Of a stretch of DNA of 64,000 nucleotides, positions 17,138 to 26,043 are shown piece by piece. The position numbers and the translations under genes are program-made. The first letter of the stretch is position 1. Each line of letters starts with the position of its first letter. The notes under the pieces are model-generated. The model worked only from the letters and a program-made list of their open reading frames with translations. It was not told the DNA's origin and did not search any database. Origin of the DNA: Candidatus Omnitrophota bacterium (GTDB lineage: Bacteria > Omnitrophota > Gorgyraeia > 2-01-FULL-45-10). The stretch covers positions 64,998 through 128,997 of the forward strand of contig JAUYOL010000043.1 of NCBI GenBank assembly GCA_030695905.1. The letters are read 5' to 3'.

Positions 17138-17670
17138 TACCTATTTCCCTTAATTTCGTTTTTGTAGCGTTCCCTTATAGAATTGAATATTGATATATAC
17201 TCGTCTGTCCTGTAATCAGGATATGTCCATGGCCAGGCATTGAATTTTTCACCCATGAAATGCAGCGTTACTTCGGCATATATATTATTACCGACATGCA
17301 TCCTGTGCGAATAATCTTTTGTGGAGAAGAGCACGAGCTTGGCCAGGTCCAGGTATCCCGGATCTATATTTATTGCGCGTTTATTATTAAGAGAAAATTT
17401 ATCTTCTATCTTATTCGAGACCAATTTCATCTTTTCAATATTTTTTAAAGAGACCAGTTTTTTAAAACTTAAGAATTTACGCTTTAAATTAATGCCCATC
17501 TCTTTGTTGTAATAATCCGTGTAAGAAAAATCGATAATAGTGCTTTCAAAGTCGATTTTGTTTTTAAATCTTTTTTCCAGTAAAAGCTTTGCTTTGTCAA
17601 AGAGCTCCGTATCGTTGGATATGAGTCCTGTAATTAGCTTAACTTTTCCGGCGGTTCGTATATTACCCAT
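17137..17670 (-). CDS. DUF4416 family protein
   Basis: TDYY.KEMG, R..NIDPGY, STKDYSHR, WTYPDY. Confidence 0.85.
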   Translation of the reverse strand: MGNIRTAGKVKLITGLISNDTELFDKAKLLLEKRFKNKIDFESTIIDFSYTDYYNKEMGINLKRKFLSFKKLVSLKNIEKMKLVSNKIEDKFSLNNKRAINIDPGYLDLAKLVLFSTKDYSHRMHVGNNIYAEVTLHFMGEKFNAWPWTYPDYRTDEYISIFNSIRERYKNEIKGNR

Positions 17671-18127
17671 GCAGGATATCGGCGAGATGGGTGTGCGCGG
17701 GCTCTTTTAACGCGATAAATTTTACACCGCAATGAAATAGTCTTTTGCCGAACGAATCCTGATCCTGCGCGTCTTTAATCCATACGACCTCGGCCTCGAC
17801 TTCCACTACTTTCTTTTTTTCCGGTATATATGCTTTAATATCCATTATTGAGCCTTCAGGCAGTTTTTCATCTATAAGAAGTTTCATTCCACCGCCGGAC
17901 ACATTTATGGTCCTGCCGGGTTTGAGATGAGATTTTTTTTCTACGCTATATTCAACTTCCAGGTCCTTGTCAAAACGCTGATGCTTGCGCCTCTCTTCGC
18001 TGTCCCAGTATTCTTCTATTTTGGCGCGGGGCGTTATTCTTTTATTCGTTATTCTCTCATGTGCCCATAACATAAAGAGCGTTACGGATAGTAATGCCAA
18101 AAAGCATGTCCCTACAATAAAAAACAT
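17663..18127 (-). CDS. Membrane-anchored PilZ protein
   Basis: N-terminal TM; ERRKHQR, NVSGGG. Confidence 0.85.
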   Translation of the reverse strand: MFFIVGTCFLALLSVTLFMLWAHERITNKRITPRAKIEEYWDSEERRKHQRFDKDLEVEYSVEKKSHLKPGRTINVSGGGMKLLIDEKLPEGSIMDIKAYIPEKKKVVEVEAEVVWIKDAQDQDSFGKRLFHCGVKFIALKEPAHTHLADILHG

Positions 18128-18487
18128 CTACCGGCCTTTCTTATTTGAAATATAAGTAGCTATGATTTCTTTATCCTTAGCTGATAGATCATCAAAAAAT
18201 ACCGCTATATCATAATGTTTTATGATACCGTCTACTATGACCGAATGCTGCCTCACAACTATGCCGCTTACCTCGATATTCTTCGCGCCGGGTTTGTCCT
18301 TTGAGAAATCGGGCACCATAAGCATCAGTTTTACCCTGGACATCAGAGGCAGCTCTTTGTCTACTTTGCAATATACTCCCGACGTGCTTATATTTAGAGT
18401 ATGGGTTATCGAATCGAACCCGTCCAACTTAAGCGAAAGAGTGTCATCCTCTAATCGCGGAAACCGTCTTCTTTCTTCAGAAACCAT
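18128..18487 (-). CDS. PilZ domain protein
   Basis: ERRRFPR, NISTSG. Confidence 0.88.
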   Translation of the reverse strand: MVSEERRRFPRLEDDTLSLKLDGFDSITHTLNISTSGVYCKVDKELPLMSRVKLMLMVPDFSKDKPGAKNIEVSGIVVRQHSVIVDGIIKHYDIAVFFDDLSAKDKEIIATYISNKKGR

Positions 18488-18515
18488 CGTTTTAGTTCTC
18501 CTAATATTTTACTTA

Positions 18516-19595
18516 TTAATCATCTACTTCTATTAATTTGTAATCCAAATTGCCGAGCCCGAGTTCGTTGGCGTACTTTAGCTGCACCGTCCAGTCTATT
18601 TCAGAGTGCCGGGCTCTAAATATGTCCTGCTTGCCCATATTGTTTAAAAGGTCCGCAGACGCCTTATCTATGCTGACCAGATCGTCTGAGGCAAGTATGC
18701 CTATATCATGTGTTATCCTGGGTTCGTCCTTTGCAAGACAATCGCAGTCTCCGGTTATATTTGTAAGAAAATTTATATAACCCAGCTTTCTGTCAAGGAT
18801 CTCCACCGCACCGTAGGCATATTCTACCATCTTCTCTTGCAGGTTTGCAAGTGTTTCGCTCCATTTTGTGGTCAAAGCGTCCGTTTTACATACCACTACA
18901 CACTCACCACAGCCGATGCACCTGGTTTCATCCAGTCTTGCCTTACCCGCTTCAAGGCTAATACACCCCGCGGGACAATTGGCAACACAGAGTCCGCAGC
19001 CTACACAGTGTTCTATGTTGAAATCGGGAACGATCCCGCAATGTTGTTCGAACTTTCCCCGTCTCGATGCGCAGCCCATGCCCAGGTTTTTTATCGCACC
19101 GGCAAAACCGGTCATTATATGGCCCGTTATATGAGTTAGCGCCAATAGGCTGTCGCAGTCGGCGATATCAGAAGCTATCTTTACTTTGGAAAAGCGTTTC
19201 TTGTTTATCTCTACTTCTACAAAATTTCTGCCCCAAACCCCGTCCGCTATGATTACCGGTACACCCATCTTATCGAATCCGAAACCATGTTTATACGAAA
19301 GCTTAAGGTGATCTACGGCATTTGTCCTCTCGCTCTCCTTATACAGCACATTTGTGTCGGTGAAGAATATATTTTTTGTTCTTGATTGTACATTACTAAC
19401 CAGGCTTTTGAGCCAATCGGATTTTATGTGGCCGGTATTGCCGCTCTCTCCGAAATGTATCTTAATGCCGGTGTAAGAATCCTTTTTTATAAAGTTTAGC
19501 ACTCCGGATCGCTTGACAAGATTTTCTATCTTCTTATTTATTGCCTCGTCTTTTTCGCTGCTATCCAGCCTTGTCAGGTATACATTACTCGGCAT
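18516..19595 (-). CDS. DUF362 Fe-S protein with 2x[4Fe-4S] ferredoxin domain
   Basis: KIHFGE.GN, GAIKNLGMGC, two CxxCxxCxxxC motifs. Confidence 0.9.
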   Translation of the reverse strand: MPSNVYLTRLDSSEKDEAINKKIENLVKRSGVLNFIKKDSYTGIKIHFGESGNTGHIKSDWLKSLVSNVQSRTKNIFFTDTNVLYKESERTNAVDHLKLSYKHGFGFDKMGVPVIIADGVWGRNFVEVEINKKRFSKVKIASDIADCDSLLALTHITGHIMTGFAGAIKNLGMGCASRRGKFEQHCGIVPDFNIEHCVGCGLCVANCPAGCISLEAGKARLDETRCIGCGECVVVCKTDALTTKWSETLANLQEKMVEYAYGAVEILDRKLGYINFLTNITGDCDCLAKDEPRITHDIGILASDDLVSIDKASADLLNNMGKQDIFRARHSEIDWTVQLKYANELGLGNLDYKLIEVDD

Positions 19596-19702
19596 ATTAA
19601 GCCTCTTTTGCTTTTATCTTATCATTAAGATTACCAGAGCCGCGAAAAGTGCAATTTACGCCGGCAAGACAAGCGCTTACCAGCGTATTTTTATGCAGGA
19701 TA

Positions 19703-20050
19703 TTATTTTGAGGGAGCTTGCTCTTTGGCATCAGAAGGATTTTCGGGCGTTTGGGCCTGCTCTTCTTTCTTTGCCGTCGTCTTCCAGCATCTCTTGGTGC
19801 AGAAAAATTTGCCATTTCTGTAGTAATAGCGTTTTTTCTTTATCGATTTGTTGCACACTGCGCAATTGACAGGCTTCTCTTTCTTCTTCTCTTCAACTTT
19901 TTTCTCTTCCGCGGGTTTTCCGGCAGCTTCAGCCTTTGGCGCCTCGGCCTTGGGGGCTTCCTGCGCAGGAGCTTCGGCCTTAGGAGCCTCTTGTTTAGGA
20001 GTCTCGGCCTTCGGAGTTTCTTTTGTCTGGTCTTTCTTTTCTTCAGCCAT
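19703..20050 (-). CDS. Hypothetical protein with PKAEA repeats and CxxC/CxxxC zinc-finger-like motif
   Basis: Low-complexity N-terminus; CAVC...FCTKRC. Confidence 0.65.
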   Translation of the reverse strand: MAEEKKDQTKETPKAETPKQEAPKAEAPAQEAPKAEAPKAEAAGKPAEEKKVEEKKKEKPVNCAVCNKSIKKKRYYYRNGKFFCTKRCWKTTAKKEEQAQTPENPSDAKEQAPSK

Positions 20051-20059
20051 AAAAAGGGA

Positions 20060-20416
20060 TCATTTCCTTTCTGATAGTTTCAACCACAGTGAATAGATAT
20101 AATCTAACAATCTACTTTTATCAAACCCATCTATAACGGCAAACCTGATGCCGGTTTCATACGCGCTTTTTTTTGGTTCGAGTATCGATTTTCTCTGCCA
20201 CGCTACAGTACCTGAAACGAATATCGGCACATTGTCTCCAGGCACGTCTAAAGATACATTTATCTCGGAGCCGTTATCAAGCGGTGTATCTAAAACTATG
20301 AGGGCGCCGGACTTAGAGATATTCTTTACTTCGTAAGTCCTCTTTATGCCGCGGCCTATTTCGCAGATCGCCTTCAGTGCGGCATTGAATCTTATGAAAT
20401 CTCTTCTCTCTATCAT
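20060..20416 (-). CDS. PilZ domain protein
   Basis: ERRDFIR, NISKSG. Confidence 0.88.
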   Translation of the reverse strand: MIERRDFIRFNAALKAICEIGRGIKRTYEVKNISKSGALIVLDTPLDNGSEINVSLDVPGDNVPIFVSGTVAWQRKSILEPKKSAYETGIRFAVIDGFDKSRLLDYIYSLWLKLSERK

Positions 20417-20442
20417 ATTTTAGGTACAGTTTTTTTAATGAC

Positions 20443-20484
20443 AAAAATAAGGGGATAAAAATATTATTTCTATCCCCTTATTTA
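20443..20484 (-). terminator. Intrinsic terminator
   Basis: AAATAAGGGGATA...TATCCCCTTATTT. Confidence 0.65.
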
Positions 20485-20500
20485 TGAAAAGCAAATAATC

Positions 20501-20833
20501 TTATTTGCCCTTAAATACAAACTCCGGTTCCAATACTGGATTATATCCTTCCGGTATCGGGAATGGGAATGTCACCGTCTCGTAAACGCCGGCGCCAGTC
20601 CTAACGATCGTCATTCCGACTCCTTTTGCCAATCCAATTGTTAAACCAGAGAGAGGATTATCTTCTACGCTTGTGTCGTAAATGTTCTTAGGTAGTTCTA
20701 CCCAGCCAGTTACGATGTTCGCGACTCCTCTGTATAGTTTCTTTCCCATATCCTGTGCATAGCTAGCAGAAGCCATATTCAGGACCATCAACACAGCAAC
20801 GCATATAATTATACCCTTTAGTAAGCTTTTCAT
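20501..20833 (-). CDS. Secreted protein, TIGR04073-like
   Basis: KKL.RG.AN..TGW.E.PKN and E..TFPFP motifs. Confidence 0.8.
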   Translation of the reverse strand: MKSLLKGIIICVAVLMVLNMASASYAQDMGKKLYRGVANIVTGWVELPKNIYDTSVEDNPLSGLTIGLAKGVGMTIVRTGAGVYETVTFPFPIPEGYNPVLEPEFVFKGK

Positions 20834-20870
20834 CTTATTCTTTCACCTCCTTTACACTAAATTTGCTTTA

Positions 20871-20899
20871 AGTATAACATAGATAGCATATTTTGTCAA
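20871..20899 (-). promoter_or_regulatory. sigma70 promoter
   Basis: TTGACA-17-TATACT with extended TG. Confidence 0.7.
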
Positions 20900-20920
20900 G
20901 GTTGCGCAGTTAAAATGAAG

Positions 20921-21298
20921 CTATTTTCTCGACCTGGATTGGGATTTTATTATCTCTTCCACAGCTTCGGATATCCTATCCCTGTCCTCCGGCCTTATAT
21001 CGATAAATTCTACTCCGGTATCGTAAATATAGCTGCCCTTCTGTTTGGGTTCGGATTTTTTGACTACCCATACGACTGTGCCGCCGCATTTTATAGGCGG
21101 ACGGTCGTCTTCAAGGAATAATTCGAGGTCAACACCCTGGAAAAGGCCCAAATCTTCCTTTATAATCACACATATCCCGCCAGCGCCTATATTCTCTGTG
21201 TTTGTGGATATAGTCTTTGCGGTGAGACGTTTTTTGATCGTAATAAGACACTTGTAGCTTGCTCTCGGGAATTTTCTTCTGTTAATACCGTTCCACAT
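20921..21298 (-). CDS. PilZ domain protein
   Basis: NRRKFPR, NIGAGG; start moved to MWNG after RBS AAGGAG. Confidence 0.88.
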   Translation of the reverse strand: MWNGINRRKFPRASYKCLITIKKRLTAKTISTNTENIGAGGICVIIKEDLGLFQGVDLELFLEDDRPPIKCGGTVVWVVKKSEPKQKGSYIYDTGVEFIDIRPEDRDRISEAVEEIIKSQSRSRK

Positions 21299-21420
21299 AA
21301 AATAAATCTCCTTATTGTGCTTTTCAACACGCATTACAGTATACATAACGCGTTTTTAAAATGCAAGTAATTTTATTTGCTTTACGCCGGTTTTGGATAT
21401 ATAATTGTTTTAAATAAACC

Positions 21421-22239
21421 ATGTATAGAGAATTCTTCGGCCTTAAAGAGAAGCCTTTCAACGTTACCAGCGACCCGAACTTTCTTTTTTTAAGTCGTGT
21501 CCATAAAGAAGCGTTTTCGCATCTTTTATACGGCATTAAAGAAAGAAAAGGCTTTTTGGAGATAACCGGAGAAATAGGCGCCGGCAAGACCACCCTTTGC
21601 AGGGCGCTTTTGAATCATCTCGACGCTAATACAAAGAGCGCGTTCATCTTTAATTCCACTCTTCCCGATATGCAGTTATTCCAAACGATACTCGAAGACT
21701 TCGGCCTGTCCGTAGAAAGAAAAACCAAAGCGGCCATGTTGAGGCAATTTAATAATTTTTTGCTCGAAGAGCTTTCGAGAAATAAAAATGTCGTTCTGAT
21801 AATAGATGAAGCGCAAAATCTTAAAAACTCCGTTCTTGAAGAGTTGAGGATACTTTCGAATCTTGAGACAGAAAAAGAAAAACTTTTTCAGATGATCCTT
21901 GTCGGCCAGCCTCAATTAAGAGATAAGATCAACTCCCCCGGCCTGGAGCAGTTAAGGCAGAGGATCAGCGTAAGGTTCCATATCACGCCTCTGGAAAGCA
22001 ACGAAGTCGTAGAATACATATGCCACCGTCTTAAGGTTGCGGGTTCAAGGGGTGATATAAATTTTTCCGATGCGGCACTGGAAGGTATTTATAGGTATTC
22101 CAAAGGGATACCGAGGATAATAAACAAAGTGTGTGACAAGGCGCTCCTTTGCGCCTATGTCGTCGAAACAAAACATATAGATCTTTCAATAATTGAAAGG
22201 TGCATACAAGAGATAGAAGGGGTGGTGGCTGTAGCATGA
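21421..22239 (+). CDS. ExeA/GspA-family AAA ATPase
   Basis: MY..FFGL.E.PF, GEIGAGKT, IDEAQ, LVGQP, G.PR.IN..CD. Confidence 0.92.
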   Translation: MYREFFGLKEKPFNVTSDPNFLFLSRVHKEAFSHLLYGIKERKGFLEITGEIGAGKTTLCRALLNHLDANTKSAFIFNSTLPDMQLFQTILEDFGLSVERKTKAAMLRQFNNFLLEELSRNKNVVLIIDEAQNLKNSVLEELRILSNLETEKEKLFQMILVGQPQLRDKINSPGLEQLRQRISVRFHITPLESNEVVEYICHRLKVAGSRGDINFSDAALEGIYRYSKGIPRIINKVCDKALLCAYVVETKHIDLSIIERCIQEIEGVVAVA

Positions 22240-22787
22240 GCATAATACAGGAAGCTTTAAAAAAAGCCCAGGGTGATTTTTCCGAAAAAAAGATACCTGA
22301 AGTGACCGAATCGGTTAAGTGCGCGGACTCGGTTAAGGAAGCCGCGCTGCCGGCGCCTGAAATTCAAATTCCGCATGACATAAAAAATATAACGTCTAAG
22401 CGCCTGCCTGCTTTGGTGGGGATATTGGCAATACTTCTGCTCGCTTATGGCCTTAGATTATCTTTGCAATATTCTGATAGAAATGCCGATAAATCCAAGC
22501 GTGTGCCCGTAAGCCAGGAGAGCCGTGACGCTTCCGTATCCGCGCCTAAGGTAGTAGAAGACTTCACTCCGCCTAAGACGAACCCTGTAAGTTTCGTAAC
22601 GAAGCGGAATCCCCTATTTAATTTAAGCGGTATAATGTATCTGGAAGATGGGCCTCAAGCTATTATAAATGGCTATGTGCTTGAGGAAGGAGACAAAATA
22701 AACGGCGCCACTGTCCTGGTTATCGAGAAAGATTGCGTCCTGCTCGATGTGAATAATTCTAATGTGAGGCTGGAACTTAACAATTAA
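22236..22787 (+). CDS. ExeB/GspB-like protein
   Basis: MSII.EALKK, TM, LSGI.Y...AIING...EGD.I; ATGA overlap with exeA. Confidence 0.8.
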   Translation: MSIIQEALKKAQGDFSEKKIPEVTESVKCADSVKEAALPAPEIQIPHDIKNITSKRLPALVGILAILLLAYGLRLSLQYSDRNADKSKRVPVSQESRDASVSAPKVVEDFTPPKTNPVSFVTKRNPLFNLSGIMYLEDGPQAIINGYVLEEGDKINGATVLVIEKDCVLLDVNNSNVRLELNN

Positions 22788-22789
22788 GC

Positions 22790-23248
22790 CTAAATTTTTA
22801 ATTCAAGATTGTGTATTTTGAATCCCGATATCTCCAGGGCCTCCGTCTCTTTAAACCCTTTCTTAAGACAAAGTCTCATGGCATCGGCCATACGATCTGT
22901 GCACCTGAAATAGACTCTCTTATAACCTTTTTCTTTACAAAAATCTATCGCCTTATCAAGTAATTGGGTCCCATAACCTTTTCTGCGGTGTTTTAAATCT
23001 ACGAATAGTCTGCGCAATAACGCGGTATTTTCGGTATCTTCTTTTACCCCAACAGTTCCCGCTATCCCTCCGTCATCTTCGATAACGATAAAAGATTCTT
23101 TTGGCCCGCCGTACACTTCATGGATCTTGTCAAGGTCACTGTCAGAATACGCGTTCTTGTCAAAAGGATATTCTTTTGTGAGGATAGATAATATCAGGTC
23201 TTTGACCCCGGACGCGTCATTCTTGGTGAAGACTCTCAGCTTATGCAT
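22790..23248 (-). CDS. GNAT acetyltransferase
   Basis: RRLFV...RRKGYG..LL acetyl-CoA motif. Confidence 0.9.
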   Translation of the reverse strand: MHKLRVFTKNDASGVKDLILSILTKEYPFDKNAYSDSDLDKIHEVYGGPKESFIVIEDDGGIAGTVGVKEDTENTALLRRLFVDLKHRRKGYGTQLLDKAIDFCKEKGYKRVYFRCTDRMADAMRLCLKKGFKETEALEISGFKIHNLELKI

Positions 23249-23263
23249 AGGCAGCTCCTCATT

Positions 23264-24355
23264 TTACATGCGTCCTTTAATCGAATTGATTATCAGCGGG
23301 CGCTTTATACCTTCAACTATACGCACCTTCCCTATTCCCGAAGGAAGGACGAACTTATTTTTTCCATGTACAAATTTTTTATCGCGCAAAAGCGAGTCGT
23401 ATATGCGGGATATCTTCAGCCCCGAGATCTTTACGGGCAGCCCGCACTTTTTTATCAGGGACTCTATTCGCAACTTATCTTCATATTTGATAAGATTCAA
23501 TTTTGCCGATATATCCGACGCGCATACCATGCCTATGGCTATGGCCTCGCCATGATTATATCTTTGCGAATAATCCGCCGCGCTCTCAAGGGCATGGCCG
23601 ACAGTATGGCCATAGTTTAATATTATGCGTTTACCAAGCCTGTCAAGCTCGTCCTGGGCCACAACTTTTGCTTTAATCCGGCTGCACGCCGCTACTATGC
23701 GCATGAGGGCGTCTTTATTGAGCATCAACACTTTTCTGTAGTTATACTCCAGATATTCGAATAGCCCTTTGTCTTTTATGACGCCGTATTTTATGCACTC
23801 CGCCAGGCCGTTTTTTATCTGTTTGCCGGAAAGGGATGTCAATATAGATGTATCGGATATAACAACCTTTGGCTGGTAGAATGAACCCACAAGATTTTTT
23901 GCCGCAGGCAGGTCTATCGCCGTCTTGCCGCCTATCGCCGAATCGACCTGCGAAAGCAGTGTGGTGGGTATCTGAACGTACGGTATCCCTCTTTTGTATA
24001 TAGAAGCGGCGAATCCTGTCAGGTCGCCTATGACTCCGCCGCCCAACGCGATGAGAAACAATGTCCTGTTCTTGTCGTAGGCGCCTATTCTATTCAGGAG
24101 GGATATTAATGTTTTGTGGGACTTTGCCTTTTCTGAATCCGGAACAAGTTCCAGCTTAAAGCTTATTCCGGATTTATTTAAGGAACTTTCGATCTTTTTT
24201 CCATAGAGGCACGCTACTTTTTTGTTGGTTACGACTATAGCGTCTTTACCAATGGAAAGATTTTTGAGAATAGCGCCGGTCTGTCTGATAACCCCCGGGC
24301 CTATCAGAATATTGTAAGACCTGTCCTTTAAGGGAACTTTGACGCTATTAGTCAT
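23264..24355 (-). CDS. aroB: 3-dehydroquinate synthase
   Basis: GGGVIGDL.GF, PTTLL.QVDS..GGKT, LNYGHT.GHA.E. Confidence 0.97.
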   Translation of the reverse strand: MTNSVKVPLKDRSYNILIGPGVIRQTGAILKNLSIGKDAIVVTNKKVACLYGKKIESSLNKSGISFKLELVPDSEKAKSHKTLISLLNRIGAYDKNRTLFLIALGGGVIGDLTGFAASIYKRGIPYVQIPTTLLSQVDSAIGGKTAIDLPAAKNLVGSFYQPKVVISDTSILTSLSGKQIKNGLAECIKYGVIKDKGLFEYLEYNYRKVLMLNKDALMRIVAACSRIKAKVVAQDELDRLGKRIILNYGHTVGHALESAADYSQRYNHGEAIAIGMVCASDISAKLNLIKYEDKLRIESLIKKCGLPVKISGLKISRIYDSLLRDKKFVHGKNKFVLPSGIGKVRIVEGIKRPLIINSIKGRM

Positions 24356-24362
24356 GAAAGAA

Positions 24363-24677
24363 TTATTTTTTTGTTTCTTTCTTCGCTTCAGCTGCCTTAC
24401 CTGCCGCAGGCGCTTTGCCCGCTGCCGGAGCCTTACCTGCCGCGGCCGGAGCCGCGCCCGCCGCCGGAGCCGCGCCTTCGGCGCCTTCGGCTGCGGCTGC
24501 TGCTTTTTCCTTCTTAATCTTGAATCTCGTTATCTTTACCTTAGGCAGTCCATATACAGAATCTTCATCGGCCCACTTTTCTTTTTCTTTGAGCGCCTTT
24601 ATTCTCTCGTGACGTTTGAGGACAGACCTCTGCGCTTTATCTTTGTCCGACACTCTTAAGCTGGGATGTTGCGACAT
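24363..24677 (-). CDS. PVC small basic protein (TIGR04137-like) with Ala/Pro/Lys tail
   Basis: MSQHPSL...RSVLKR.ERI..L....W....SVYGLPKVK. Confidence 0.8.
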   Translation of the reverse strand: MSQHPSLRVSDKDKAQRSVLKRHERIKALKEKEKWADEDSVYGLPKVKITRFKIKKEKAAAAAEGAEGAAPAAGAAPAAAGKAPAAGKAPAAGKAAEAKKETKK

Positions 24678-24701
24678 CTTCGTTACCTCCTGGTTTACTT
24701 T

Positions 24702-25268
24702 CTATTTTAACCTTACATATGCATCTCGATGCATCTGTTTTACTTTGTTTAATGTCCTTTGCGCGTTCTCTTTATTCGCGAATGATCCAACACAGACCAG
24801 ATAATACGGCTCGCTGTTATATACAAATGCCTCAAGGCCGCTTATTTTGATCCGGCCTACCTCTTTAACGGCAGTTGCCTCCTTCGAGAACGCCGCAACT
24901 ACTATTGTATAAGGCATTGTATTCTGCGCGGGCTTTACCGCGACTGCCTTAACCGGCGCTTTAACCGCCGTTTTGGCCTGTACCGGCTGCTGTATCGTTA
25001 CGGCTGCCGCAGGACGCTGTGCCGGGACAGCCTGCGCGATAGCGGGACTTATGCGGACAGTTTTGGCCGCAGATGCCTTGCCTCTCTCTACGCCAAGAGC
25101 GAATGATACCACAAGCAGCATTATTACGCCGATTGAGACAAATATAAGCCTTTCGGCACTCAGGCTTACGGCAAAATCCGTTCTTTGAAAAAAACGGCCG
25201 AATCTATTTGGCTGTCTTCTGGGCGCGTCAAACTCAAAAAGCTCTTTTTGTATGTTATCTTTTTCCAT
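24702..25268 (-). CDS. SPOR domain membrane protein
   Basis: TM 'SFALGVERGK', C-terminal YTI.V.AF...VG.F...A SPOR fold. Confidence 0.8.
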   Translation of the reverse strand: MEKDNIQKELFEFDAPRRQPNRFGRFFQRTDFAVSLSAERLIFVSIGVIMLLVVSFALGVERGKASAAKTVRISPAIAQAVPAQRPAAAVTIQQPVQAKTAVKAPVKAVAVKPAQNTMPYTIVVAAFSKEATAVKEVGRIKISGLEAFVYNSEPYYLVCVGSFANKENAQRTLNKVKQMHRDAYVRLK

Positions 25269-25339
25269 ACCGTACTATAATTTTTTCCTTAAACGGGCCA
25301 CATTATAACATAGCGCCTGTCAAAAATCAACCCCGCCCA

Positions 25340-26041
25340 TTATTCCTTCATCACCATAGTGCCCACGTTGAGCCTGAACATCTTGCCCGATATCTGAACC
25401 GATGGCGAGCGATAGTCACCTTTTAGCTTTACCGATAAGCTCTTCCACTCCTGCGGCTCATCGTTCATTATTACCGAATGCAGCTCCATAGGCACATCTT
25501 TAAGCGTATCTTTGGAGAATGAGGCGGTTATATTTACATCTACCACTCCCTGGTAGAATATATCCCCGGAAATAAAGAGTTTTATCTCCCTTCCGTTGGC
25601 CTGGAATTTCTTTAGCGTAAAGCCGTTGGAAAATATTTCGACAACGCCGGATATGTCTTTATAGGTCCATCGCCCTTCAAATGGCATTGCCACTATGCCT
25701 TCGAGCGTGTCATACTGCGCTTTCGGTTTATCTTTCGAGCTTTTTATAAAGTGCGCGTCCTTGAATTTAAAATCAAAATCCAGGCTCTTTAGAAAATTGA
25801 GTTTTTGCACAGGCTTTATAGTGGCGCGCGCGCAGAAGAACCCGAGTCCCATCTTGTCGTTTACCATCTTCAGATTTTCAAATATATAGCCATCCCGCGC
25901 ATCTTTGGTCATAGATTTGTACGATATATTGAGTTTGTAAATTTTTGATAACGCGAATATGGCTATCTTATCCAATGACAGGTAGATTACCGTTATGGCA
26001 ACCAGCAGGATAATAAATATTGTAAAGATTTTGGATCTCAT
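25340..26041 (-). CDS. Hypothetical membrane-anchored beta-rich protein
   Basis: N-terminal TM; operonic with the helicase. Confidence 0.6.
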   Translation of the reverse strand: MRSKIFTIFIILLVAITVIYLSLDKIAIFALSKIYKLNISYKSMTKDARDGYIFENLKMVNDKMGLGFFCARATIKPVQKLNFLKSLDFDFKFKDAHFIKSSKDKPKAQYDTLEGIVAMPFEGRWTYKDISGVVEIFSNGFTLKKFQANGREIKLFISGDIFYQGVVDVNITASFSKDTLKDVPMELHSVIMNDEPQEWKSLSVKLKGDYRSPSVQISGKMFRLNVGTMVMKE

Positions 26042-26043
26042 AT

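Noticed and set aside
19597-19815. 72-aa minus-strand ORF
   Set aside because: Overlaps 19703-20050 in another frame; no motif
24395-24505. Short GC-rich direct repeats as a possible CRISPR or VNTR
   Set aside because: In-frame coding repeats of the Ala/Pro/Lys tail; no spacers and no cas genes
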